From a virus (Duplodnaviria; Heunggongvirae; Uroviricota; Caudoviricetes), in IMG/VR virus record IMGVR_UViG_3300047548_000621, positions 8,200 to 72,199 of that record: DNA of 64,000 bases. One strand, written 5' to 3'. Numbering within the stretch: position 1 is the first letter of the stretch; every line of letters begins with the position of its first letter. Below the pieces are notes generated by a model. It was given only the letters and a program-made list of their open reading frames with translations. It was not told where the DNA came from and ran no database searches. A program made the position numbers and the translations under genes. This document shows positions 34,288-43,489 of this stretch, one piece after another.

Positions 34288-37200
34288 TTATTTTACCCAG
34301 CAATCACAATTGCACTCAATAACCTTAGCAATCGCATCCTTGACGCTTAATGTTGCCGGAAGCAGTGTGCTGCTTGTATAGTTAGGATCTAAATTATAAG
34401 GGACATTTGAAGGATCTAACTGGGAAGGAGGCTGAATTATAGGTATGCCGTCGTCACCTAAGTTGTTCGGTGATTCTGTAACTCCAGTCAAATCAGTGTC
34501 AGGCATATAGATAGTAGAATTTTCATCTGATGTGCTAGGACCAACTGGTACATATGGGCCGACAACCGGATTGTCTGTTGTGCCGGCTATAATAGGATCA
34601 ATGACACCAAATGCAGGCGCAACATCAGTTGTTTCTTCAAATGTTCCAATCAATCCGGTATCAGTGGGCGTATATATTCCATCTGGAATAGGGCTTACTT
34701 CTTCATTGTTTATAATATTAACAGGCCAAGATGGCTCAGTATAGCCATTTATATCATTGTTTAGTCCAGCTAGAACAGTTCCATTTGTCGTTAATGTTTT
34801 AAAATCCATTGCTGATATTTCGTCAGGGATATTATTATCTAACCCAATACCAATATTTGACAATCGCGCTTCATTTCTATCTTGTCGCATTGCACCCACA
34901 ACACTTTGACCCCCTACTAGATCAAGATTGCTTATTGCTTCAAGTGTCTGCACTGACATATGGGGCCTAGTGTCTTGTGCAAAGCCGGGGAGTGCATCAA
35001 CAAAAACAATAGTTGTTGTGGGATAAGGATTTATCCAAGTATTTTGTGGAATTGGAACAGGTTGTAATAGATTATATCTAGTTCTCTGTTCAATCAATAA
35101 TTGCTCACCCAAAAGATTCCAAAAAATGTTTAAGTATTCTGCTTCTTGAGGATATGTCAATGCAAATTCTTCTATGAATTCATTTGCCTGATCAATATAT
35201 GCTTGAACCACTCCATTCATTGGACTAGCCCAACCAGTCGTGCCGTCAGGCGTATTAGTTCCGCCCGTTGCTACTGAACCGTCTGGCTGAATTGGGAGAG
35301 TAGCAGTCGGGGGACATTCTACTGTAATAGTTACATTTGGGGGCGCATTGCCTCCTGTTAGTGATGGCGGATTGTCATTTAAATAATTATAGACGGTGTT
35401 GTAATTCACCGAAGAGCCGTCGTTGGGGGGACCAAACGTTATTCGGCCGAACGTCCCTTCTCCGTTTGACCCCGCATTTTTATCATCAGTCCCTACAATA
35501 GCAGTCATTGAAGCACCTCCGGGATTGGGAGTAATTGTAACAACCGGGGCGGGTGCCGTTCCTCTACCATATCCTCCTCCTAAGCCATCACCGGCAACAG
35601 CTAACGTATACGAAAGTGTGTCTATTCTAGGCTGACAGCAAGGGTCTGTAGTTGGCGTCCCAGTACCGCATTGCAAATATGGATTCGTTGGGTCAATTGA
35701 AGGATAATCAGGATTGGCTGCATTTGCAATATAATGCTGAACGTTTGTATAGGTTGGAGTAACTTCTACTGTAGCGGTAGCTGGTTCCCATTCTACTGCT
35801 AAAAATAACTGCTGATATATGTTTTTTAATTTGTCTAATGGCAATTCGTTAAACTTATTATAAATCGCTTCCCAAGGATAGGGAAGTCCACTCATACAAC
35901 CGAACATATCAGAAAATGTATAAGTTCCATATGGTCCTGTTCCCAAAGATAAATTCGTTATCGCGTTGTCAGTTGATGCTTGATTTGTGGGTTTACTAGT
36001 ACCATTGATCAATGACAGCCCGGCAGTATTTTCCATTGCTTTAGCGACTTTAGCAAACTTCTTAGAATCTGCCTGGTGAATCTTACCTACTTGACGCATA
36101 GTGAATTGAAATGCGCCGGCGGCTATAGCCTGGTCATCCGGTAATATTCCTCGTAAGTAAGAACCAAATCCTTGCGTAGGCTCTTGATAATTTTCAGGAG
36201 ATAAACTACCTTCTGCAATGGGAGGAGGACCATATGGAAGTTGCACTCCCACATAATCTTCCATATCAGGAGTAGATAACGCAGAATTTACTCCCTCACC
36301 TTCGTAAATCAAATAGTATGTTTTACTATTTGTAGGTAATCCTACCTCGCTATTATACATAGGAACAGTTAATGATTGATATGAATTAGGGAAAAGCTTT
36401 TTAACATCTAACAAATCAGCTAATGATTCTAATCCTGCTGTTTTACATTGCAAAGATGCTAAGATAGTTGCAAGATTTTGTCCTTGAATTAATTTAAATG
36501 ACTCGTATATTTTTTGTTCTTGATCCGTAGTAGGTCTTGTTAATGTACCGTTAGTGATCGCAGCTATCTCTGATCCTGACAATCCCGCAGTAAGCAACAA
36601 TAAAGAAAGGTCTTGCGTAACCGCAATGTTTTTACCAAGAATTTCTAACAAGACAGAAGGTAAACCAAATGCATCCAGTCTACTTAAATTTATTATTTTA
36701 CCTAACTTTTCTAAATCGCTTCCAAATTCTTTAGTTGATAAACTAATTCCAGATACATCAGCAGTAATTAAGTCATCCATATTACTATAGATATTATCCA
36801 TAAAATCATCAGAATTATGCGAGGTCATTATAGCACGATTAATATAATCTATAGCACTAGACGCTGACAAAAATGATCCGCAAAATTGACCATAGTCCGG
36901 ATTCGCTTGATCAGGAACGCCATTATAATTAAACTCATCCCACGCTTGTAGTGCGTGTAATCTTGCATAACCCCACTGAGTTACTGATTTATTGGGGTTA
37001 GAAGTATCATATGGTATCCAAGAAGCTTCTTGGCCCTGCCCAGTGTTTCCTGAAATACCATACGAAGTCGCGGCAGGTGTCCCTGCATCAGTCCATTTAC
37101 CAGAAGGATCATTGTCCTTAAAAGTAGGTGGTTTGGCGTTACCTAATGCTTCTACTTGATCTTCACCTATCGAAATTAGATTATCGTATGTCGAGTTAGT

Positions 37201-37434
37201 GACAGTTTTTTCTGGACCGGATACTGCAACACCGCGAGCATATGCATCATTAATCGCATAAGTCAATAGTCGTAATACGGTTCCGTTAACTAGTTTTCCC
37301 ATATCATACTGAGAATTAGTTTTGCTTTTTCCTATATATGATTCAGCTACCGGGTTAATGTTCAGTCCCGTATTAACTAGAAATGATCCTAAGACATTTA
37401 CTCCTAATGGATTTTGTTTACCTGTGTCTGACAT
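34288..37434 (-). CDS. Large virion-associated protein (baseplate or tail candidate)
   Basis: 1048 aa with Gly/Pro/Thr-rich segments. Immediately upstream of the PAAR gene. Confidence 0.4.
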   Translation of the reverse strand: MSDTGKQNPLGVNVLGSFLVNTGLNINPVAESYIGKSKTNSQYDMGKLVNGTVLRLLTYAINDAYARGVAVSGPEKTVTNSTYDNLISIGEDQVEALGNAKPPTFKDNDPSGKWTDAGTPAATSYGISGNTGQGQEASWIPYDTSNPNKSVTQWGYARLHALQAWDEFNYNGVPDQANPDYGQFCGSFLSASSAIDYINRAIMTSHNSDDFMDNIYSNMDDLITADVSGISLSTKEFGSDLEKLGKIINLSRLDAFGLPSVLLEILGKNIAVTQDLSLLLLTAGLSGSEIAAITNGTLTRPTTDQEQKIYESFKLIQGQNLATILASLQCKTAGLESLADLLDVKKLFPNSYQSLTVPMYNSEVGLPTNSKTYYLIYEGEGVNSALSTPDMEDYVGVQLPYGPPPIAEGSLSPENYQEPTQGFGSYLRGILPDDQAIAAGAFQFTMRQVGKIHQADSKKFAKVAKAMENTAGLSLINGTSKPTNQASTDNAITNLSLGTGPYGTYTFSDMFGCMSGLPYPWEAIYNKFNELPLDKLKNIYQQLFLAVEWEPATATVEVTPTYTNVQHYIANAANPDYPSIDPTNPYLQCGTGTPTTDPCCQPRIDTLSYTLAVAGDGLGGGYGRGTAPAPVVTITPNPGGASMTAIVGTDDKNAGSNGEGTFGRITFGPPNDGSSVNYNTVYNYLNDNPPSLTGGNAPPNVTITVECPPTATLPIQPDGSVATGGTNTPDGTTGWASPMNGVVQAYIDQANEFIEEFALTYPQEAEYLNIFWNLLGEQLLIEQRTRYNLLQPVPIPQNTWINPYPTTTIVFVDALPGFAQDTRPHMSVQTLEAISNLDLVGGQSVVGAMRQDRNEARLSNIGIGLDNNIPDEISAMDFKTLTTNGTVLAGLNNDINGYTEPSWPVNIINNEEVSPIPDGIYTPTDTGLIGTFEETTDVAPAFGVIDPIIAGTTDNPVVGPYVPVGPSTSDENSTIYMPDTDLTGVTESPNNLGDDGIPIIQPPSQLDPSNVPYNLDPNYTSSTLLPATLSVKDAIAKVIECNCDCWVK

Positions 37435-37442
37435 AATAATCC

Positions 37443-37709
37443 TTAAGGTACAAAAATGTCTGGGCTACCTTGCGAAATAGGATGACCGCAAGTATTTCCT
37501 GACCCAACCCGTAGAACAGGACAATTTTCAACAAACACAGTAGGACTACCTTCTGTGGTTTTTGCTGAGGCGTGTGGACCAATACCGTGAGAAGTAATAT
37601 CGCTTACGTGCAGTCCTACTGGAATACCGTTTGCAAATACTGTTCCTGCACCGCGTATAATTCGGCCGCCGCCGGAATCTTGATCGCCTTTTCTACTAAG
37701 TTGTGGCAT
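37443..37709 (-). CDS. PAAR-repeat spike-tip protein (T4 gp5.4-like)
   Basis: 88 aa. Gly-rich PAAR-like repeats (GGGRIIRGAGTVFANGIPVG...) and C-terminal Cys/His. Confidence 0.65.
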   Translation of the reverse strand: MPQLSRKGDQDSGGGRIIRGAGTVFANGIPVGLHVSDITSHGIGPHASAKTTEGSPTVFVENCPVLRVGSGNTCGHPISQGSPDIFVP

Positions 37710-37737
37710 TCCGTATCCTTTGTTAATAATATTTATA

Positions 37738-38037
37738 CTAACCTAAAATCAGCTTTTTCTCCGGCATCACAATACCGGTTGTAGCTTCAATATACTTTGA
37801 CTTGATAGTAGCATCAGCCAATGCATAAATTGATATACTATTCTTATTTAATCTAGTCTCAGCCTTCGGATCTGCGGTGAATAGGCTAGGAATAAGTCCC
37901 ATTCCTTGAGGTCCCGGAGCTACAGATAATGGATCGTGAATTACGATTTCACTGTCAGTTACTTCAACCACCTTAGTTACAATCTCTTCACCCGAGTTCA
38001 ACTTAAAAACCCAAACTTCATCTTTCTTAATAGTCAT
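37738..38037 (-). CDS. Hypothetical protein
   Basis: 99-aa ORF. Confidence 0.35.
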   Translation of the reverse strand: MTIKKDEVWVFKLNSGEEIVTKVVEVTDSEIVIHDPLSVAPGPQGMGLIPSLFTADPKAETRLNKNSISIYALADATIKSKYIEATTGIVMPEKKLILG

Positions 38038-38045
38038 AATTTTCC

Positions 38046-38300
38046 TTATGCTGCTTGCGGGAGCAGTCTTGTTCTGAGTTCATTGAACCCACCCACGTAT
38101 TCTTCATCTAAAAAGATTTGAGGTACGGTACGAGCATCAGGAACTGCTTCTAACAAATCTTCCTTTGTATATCCTTCACCAATCTTCTTTTCTATATATT
38201 CAATACCCTTCTGTGATAATAGATTCTTTGCCTGCACACAATAGGGGCAGTTATCCTTTGACCATATAATTGCTTGCATAATGTTTTCCTTTCTTATCAA
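38046..38300 (-). CDS. Glutaredoxin / NrdH-like redoxin
   Basis: 84 aa with the CPYC active site (WSKDNCPYCVQAK). Next to the RNR genes. Confidence 0.7.
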   Translation of the reverse strand: MIRKENIMQAIIWSKDNCPYCVQAKNLLSQKGIEYIEKKIGEGYTKEDLLEAVPDARTVPQIFLDEEYVGGFNELRTRLLPQAA

Positions 38301-38977
38301 TCCTCTATATTCATACCGGATAACTCTCGCATTCTACGAGTGTTAAACTGTGACTTTGTTTCCATTAAATGAGTGCCCGGTTTTGATAGCACAAACCGGT
38401 ATCTTTTATAATCTTCTGCATAACCAAAAACCGATTCTAACTCCTTTTTATCGGTAATTGTTTTGAATGACCCACCGGGATTGTCTATATCATAAATTGA
38501 TATTATTCCACCTAAGTCTAATAATCTAGCCCATATGTCAAATCCTTCATCATAAAGCATAGTATCAGACATAAGTATAGAGTAATTAGTATTGTTCAAT
38601 ATAGTAAAATATAAATCGGAAGCATAGGGTGGTTTTCCTGTATATTTAGGATTTTTAGATGTTCCTACTACCGCTAATCCCTGAGGTCTTATTTCCAATT
38701 CAGAAATTATCACATATTCATTTGTGTTAGGGTCGGTTAACCAGACATACAATATTTTTCCCCCGATATATGTATAATAACCATTACCTAAATCAGTTAT
38801 AGAATCCGACGGGACCGTTTTCTGTAGCTCGTCTATATTATGCTTCATATTTTTATATAAATTGTTTGCTTTTCCTATTAATCTTTGTGGCATTTCAACC
38901 AACCAAGTCTCATTGAAGTCAGTCCTGCTAGTAGGACCAATTCTTAAGTCCGGGATAAACAATTTATTTTCAGTCAT
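38297..38977 (-). CDS. Hypothetical protein, paralog A of a pair flanking nrdB
   Basis: 226 aa. Shares TDFN(E/S)TWL(V/A)EMPQ, PQGL(A/V)V(V/N)G..KNP, ASDLY(F/E)(T/A)ILN(N/D)TN and C-terminal FNTRRMREL(S/A)G with 40094-40723. Confidence 0.45.
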   Translation of the reverse strand: MTENKLFIPDLRIGPTSRTDFNETWLVEMPQRLIGKANNLYKNMKHNIDELQKTVPSDSITDLGNGYYTYIGGKILYVWLTDPNTNEYVIISELEIRPQGLAVVGTSKNPKYTGKPPYASDLYFTILNNTNYSILMSDTMLYDEGFDIWARLLDLGGIISIYDIDNPGGSFKTITDKKELESVFGYAEDYKRYRFVLSKPGTHLMETKSQFNTRRMRELSGMNIED

Positions 38978-38991
38978 TAAGAGTTTTATCC

Positions 38992-40092
38992 TTATAAATC
39001 TGGTAATTCGTCGTAATCTAATGTGTCGGTCATAACACCGATCACATACGAGGTACTTTCAGATTCTTGCAAGGCCGTTTGCTTTTTGGAGGTATCCACG
39101 TGCTTATTGAACCAAGGAATAGGAGTAGACTTGGGTGCTATATTCCAGTATTTAATTCCAATCTGCTTAAGTGCATCTATTGCATTGTAGTCAACAAAGT
39201 CTATCATAATTTTTTCATTAAGACCAATAACTGGACCCTTCTTGAATAGATATCTAGCCCAGTCTTTTTCTTCACGAATCACATCTTCATAAATCTTGTG
39301 AACTTCTGGTTCGCAATCAATCTTTGCCTTAGCAAAGCGAGGATCTTCTTTAACAACTTGATTAATGATCCAAGCAGTCCACTCTTTGTGTAACAATTCA
39401 TCTTGGAGAATAAGACTAATAATGTTCCCATTACCCATAAACAGCTTATTCTCAACCATACCCAGACTAGTCGCAAATGATACCATAAACCTAAATGCTT
39501 CAAGTGCATAGCTTGCGTGAAGTGCTAACCAAATGCTGTTGATATGCTCTTGTTCGTCTACCTTCTGTCCAAGCTCTTTCTTGCAATTAAGAAGGTGAAG
39601 CTTGTCATAATATTTCCCGACACTAGACGCCATATCAATAATTTCTGTAGTGTCGTGGATAGTGTTAAACACTTCTTTAGGAACATTATAGATATTACGA
39701 ATGATATGTGAGTATGAACGACTATGAATGTTCGTTTCGAAAAACGACCAATTACTCATAATAGCTTCTAATTCTGGAATAGAGCAAACAGGAGTAAAGA
39801 CTTGTGCTGGTGCTCTACCTTGTAAACTGTCAAGTGCGGTCTGACGAAGAACATTGCTAGTAAAGATATGAGATACCGCTTCACTAGCTTCCTTCATATC
39901 ATTAGCATCTTTAGATAGATTAACTTCTTCTGGGACCCAAAAGAATCCACGAGCCGTTTGTTCAATCTTCTGTAATTTTTGATACTTGACTTCTTCAAAA
40001 CGCTGGATAGTTACAGGACCCGCAGGATCAAGAAACATCTTGCGCTGAAGGTAATCAGTCTTTGTGTTTAGATTGTATTGTTGCTTTGACAT
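38992..40092 (-). CDS. nrdB: Ribonucleotide reductase class Ia beta subunit
   Basis: 366 aa. Ferritin-like di-iron protein carrying the RNR R2 (E/D...ExxH) iron ligands. Adjacent to nrdA. Confidence 0.8.
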   Translation of the reverse strand: MSKQQYNLNTKTDYLQRKMFLDPAGPVTIQRFEEVKYQKLQKIEQTARGFFWVPEEVNLSKDANDMKEASEAVSHIFTSNVLRQTALDSLQGRAPAQVFTPVCSIPELEAIMSNWSFFETNIHSRSYSHIIRNIYNVPKEVFNTIHDTTEIIDMASSVGKYYDKLHLLNCKKELGQKVDEQEHINSIWLALHASYALEAFRFMVSFATSLGMVENKLFMGNGNIISLILQDELLHKEWTAWIINQVVKEDPRFAKAKIDCEPEVHKIYEDVIREEKDWARYLFKKGPVIGLNEKIMIDFVDYNAIDALKQIGIKYWNIAPKSTPIPWFNKHVDTSKKQTALQESESTSYVIGVMTDTLDYDELPDL

Positions 40093-40093
40093 A

Positions 40094-40723
40094 TTAATCT
40101 TCTAATCCCAATCCTGCTAATTCTCTCATTCGTCTTGTGTTAAAATGACTTCTAGTGTTAAGATAATTGTCACCTGATTCAGATAACACAAATCTATATT
40201 TTCTAAAATTAGTATCATCAGGAGAAAAATATTGTTTCAGATCATCAACCGTCGCAAGTGTAGTGAAAGTTTGTCCTGGTTGATCCGTATTGTATACTGA
40301 TATTTTATGTCCCGATTGTAACAATCTAACCCAAACCTTAAAAGCGTCTTCGCTCATATCTGCATCACTTATTAATCTTATTGATCTATTAGTGTCGTTA
40401 AGAATAGCTTCGTATAAATCTGCTGCGTAGGGGGAGCCTGATATATCAGGATTTTTAGCCAAACCATTAACTACCAATCCTTGCGGCTTAATTTCTAATT
40501 CAGCTCCCAACAATATCACACCATTCTTATTCTCGTACCAATAATATTTGACTTCTTGTCCATCTATTTTTTTCAAACTATCTGTCAGGTTTATTACTTT
40601 GGCTCCTTCTTTAATAAGATCATATATATTATATGTCAACCAATCATACAATTGTGTCTTGCCGATATTTTGTGGCATTTCTGCCAACCAAGTAGAGTTA
40701 AAATCTGTTCTATTGGTAGTCAT
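40094..40723 (-). CDS. Hypothetical protein, paralog B of a pair flanking nrdB
   Basis: 209 aa. See paralog A. Confidence 0.45.
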   Translation of the reverse strand: MTTNRTDFNSTWLAEMPQNIGKTQLYDWLTYNIYDLIKEGAKVINLTDSLKKIDGQEVKYYWYENKNGVILLGAELEIKPQGLVVNGLAKNPDISGSPYAADLYEAILNDTNRSIRLISDADMSEDAFKVWVRLLQSGHKISVYNTDQPGQTFTTLATVDDLKQYFSPDDTNFRKYRFVLSESGDNYLNTRSHFNTRRMRELAGLGLED

Positions 40724-43029
40724 AACTTACAAGCCTCGCAGGATTCGTCTTCTTCAAAAAAGTCAATAGCTTCAAGTGGTGCTTCATCCTCTTCTTCTTT
40801 CGAACCTTGCTTGTTTATGAGACTGTAATATACCGTCTTACAACCATACTTATGTGCAAGCATTAGATTCTTAGCAATCAATGTAGTAGGTACCTTACGA
40901 TCAGGGAAATGTGCAGGATTATAGAAAGTATCCATTGAGATACTTTGATCCATATATGCTGCTAGAACAGCGGCTGTTTTGATGTATCCTAAGCAATCTG
41001 TTTGTTCCCACATCAACTGATATTTGTTCTTTAATCTATGATATTCTGGAACAACCTGCACGAACGATCCAGCCTTTGATTCCTTAACACTAATCAAACT
41101 CATTGGCAATGCAATGCCGTTTGTTGAATTGATCGCTACACTTGATGATTCTACTGGAGCAATAGCACCTTGTGTAGCGTTACGAACACCGTGTTCTTTC
41201 ATTTCGGCTCTTAGTGTTTCCCAGTCAAGTTCAGGAGTAAAGTCTGCAAGTTCATTTACACCCTCAGCACGAAGCTCCCAAGGGAAAATACCCTGACCAT
41301 ATCTAGTCTTGTCACTATCTAAGCACTTGCCGCGTTCCTTAGCGAGTTCAACAGTAGCCTCAGTAAGATAATACATTTGATGTTCAGCCCAGCTTTTAGT
41401 TTCTTGCAATGCTTCTATATCACCATACTTATATCCGCGCTTGGCGTGCCAATATGCAAGATTAGTAACGCCTATACCAATTGGTCTGATTTCTTCGTTA
41501 CTCAACTTACTTTGAATTGATAAGAAATCCTGATAGTCTAATATATTGTTCAAGCTTCTGTGTAATAATCTACACGCTCTGCGCATATCTTCTGGATTTC
41601 TAAATGCACCCCAATTCATACTTCCTAAGGTACAAAGCGCGATACGCCCAGTTGGATCGTCTAATCTTTTGAATGGCTTTGTAGGAAGAAGTATCTCAAC
41701 ACAAAGGTTTGATTGATAGATTGTATGATACTCAGGATCAAATGGACCCTGATTCATAACATTATCAATGAACACTAGATAGATTCTACCTGTGTCAGTG
41801 CGTTCCTTGAGAATGCCTCCCTTGAAGACTTCCTCAGCACTCATTACCTTTCTACGTAAATCCTTACGCTTTTCATACTTCACATAAAGTTCTTCAAACT
41901 TCTTTGTGTCCTTATAAAATGCTTCATACAAGTCAGGTACTTCGTTTGGATCAAAGAACGTGATGTTCTCTTTGTTCTTAAAGCGTCTCCAAAAGAATGC
42001 AGAGAGAACTACACCATAGTCCATATGACGAACACGAGTTTCCTCAGTGCCCTGATTGTTCTTGAGAACGATCAAATCATCAAACTGATGATGCCAGATA
42101 GGATAAAAGACAGTAGCACTAGCATTACGAATGCCGCCTTGTGAGCAACTACGAAGATCACCGAACCACTTCTTCAAGAAGGGAATCATGCCAGTGTGCA
42201 TAATCTCTCCCCCTCGGATAGGCGAACCGAGAGGGCGAAGTCTGCCGATTTCTAAGCCGATGCCAGCACGTTTGCTAGCATACTTAGCCATCATTTCACC
42301 AGAAGCGAAGATTGAATCCAGATCGTCATCGCTGCGAATAAGAACACAAGAGGAGAATTGCTTGGTTGGGGTACCAAGACCAGCCAGAACAGGAGTGGCA
42401 AGTGTAAACAAACCATCACTAGCTGCATTATAATATTCTTTAACAAACTTAAGACGCTTGCTAGATTCTTCCATATGAAAGACTGTTGCAGCCGCGACCA
42501 TATATCTAACTTGAGGTGTTTCATATACTTCTTTCGTGGCTCTGTTGCGAACAAGATATTTTTCAATAAGTTGTTCAATTGCTGCGTATGAGTACTCCTC
42601 ATCTTTTTCGTGATCAATGAATTCATCCATCTTGTTCCACTCTTCCTCAGTGTACCAAGATAATAATTCAGGAGTGTAAAGGCCCACCGATATGTTCTTC
42701 TTTACAATCTCATACAATGGAGGTGGGGTATATTCTCCGTAAACATCTTTACGAAGCATAGATAATCTTTGCTTACCGGCTACAAATTGATAATTCGTGT
42801 GACCAACATCAGGATTACTTTCAACATCAATCAAATCTACGATAGCTCTCAGAGTTATTTCATCGATTTCTCTGGTAGTAATACCATCAAAAAAGTGAGG
42901 GTGAGCTTTAATTTCAATCATAGACTGACTTATATCAGCCGTTCCATTGCATACTTTAGATATTTGTGCTTGCCACTTTTCCAAAGCAAGTGGCTCCTTG
43001 TTTCCTGATCGCTTGGTTACATTAATCAT
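40720..43029 (-). CDS. nrdA: Ribonucleotide reductase class Ia alpha subunit
   Basis: 769 aa. ATP-cone-like N-terminus, catalytic SNLCVEI motif, C-terminal Cys pair (...CEACKL). Confidence 0.9.
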   Translation of the reverse strand: MINVTKRSGNKEPLALEKWQAQISKVCNGTADISQSMIEIKAHPHFFDGITTREIDEITLRAIVDLIDVESNPDVGHTNYQFVAGKQRLSMLRKDVYGEYTPPPLYEIVKKNISVGLYTPELLSWYTEEEWNKMDEFIDHEKDEEYSYAAIEQLIEKYLVRNRATKEVYETPQVRYMVAAATVFHMEESSKRLKFVKEYYNAASDGLFTLATPVLAGLGTPTKQFSSCVLIRSDDDLDSIFASGEMMAKYASKRAGIGLEIGRLRPLGSPIRGGEIMHTGMIPFLKKWFGDLRSCSQGGIRNASATVFYPIWHHQFDDLIVLKNNQGTEETRVRHMDYGVVLSAFFWRRFKNKENITFFDPNEVPDLYEAFYKDTKKFEELYVKYEKRKDLRRKVMSAEEVFKGGILKERTDTGRIYLVFIDNVMNQGPFDPEYHTIYQSNLCVEILLPTKPFKRLDDPTGRIALCTLGSMNWGAFRNPEDMRRACRLLHRSLNNILDYQDFLSIQSKLSNEEIRPIGIGVTNLAYWHAKRGYKYGDIEALQETKSWAEHQMYYLTEATVELAKERGKCLDSDKTRYGQGIFPWELRAEGVNELADFTPELDWETLRAEMKEHGVRNATQGAIAPVESSSVAINSTNGIALPMSLISVKESKAGSFVQVVPEYHRLKNKYQLMWEQTDCLGYIKTAAVLAAYMDQSISMDTFYNPAHFPDRKVPTTLIAKNLMLAHKYGCKTVYYSLINKQGSKEEEDEAPLEAIDFFEEDESCEACKL

Positions 43030-43469
43030 TCTTTGCCTATTTTCTGTTGTAATGGTGTTATATCTAGATATTTGATGTTTGTAAAATCCGATAGTTTCAT
43101 ATTTACTACTGAGTTAGGGTAGTAATTAAGAACATATTTTGCGTTGTCGACCAGGACTAAACATACATTTTCACTATTATCGTCTAAACAGTCAACAAAG
43201 TCAATGTTCTCTACGCCCAATAACAATAGTGTGTATACCATTCCTAAACCTCGCGCATACTGACAATAATTATTGTCGTATATCAGTTCCCATGGACCGG
43301 GCCAGTCTATAGTGTCGGCAGGATGTAAATAATGATTTGACATTGGACATTGTTGCCAAAACTTATCTACTTCAATGCAGATAGTTTGTATGTCTGATTT
43401 CCCGAGATTTTCTTTGAGTTTATGCCACTGTTTTAATCTTGTATAATAGTCTTGAAGAAAGGTATTCAT
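43026..43469 (-). CDS. Hypothetical protein
   Basis: 147-aa ORF. Confidence 0.4.
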   Translation of the reverse strand: MNTFLQDYYTRLKQWHKLKENLGKSDIQTICIEVDKFWQQCPMSNHYLHPADTIDWPGPWELIYDNNYCQYARGLGMVYTLLLLGVENIDFVDCLDDNSENVCLVLVDNAKYVLNYYPNSVVNMKLSDFTNIKYLDITPLQQKIGKE

Positions 43470-43489
43470 TATACTTACTTATAATTTTA

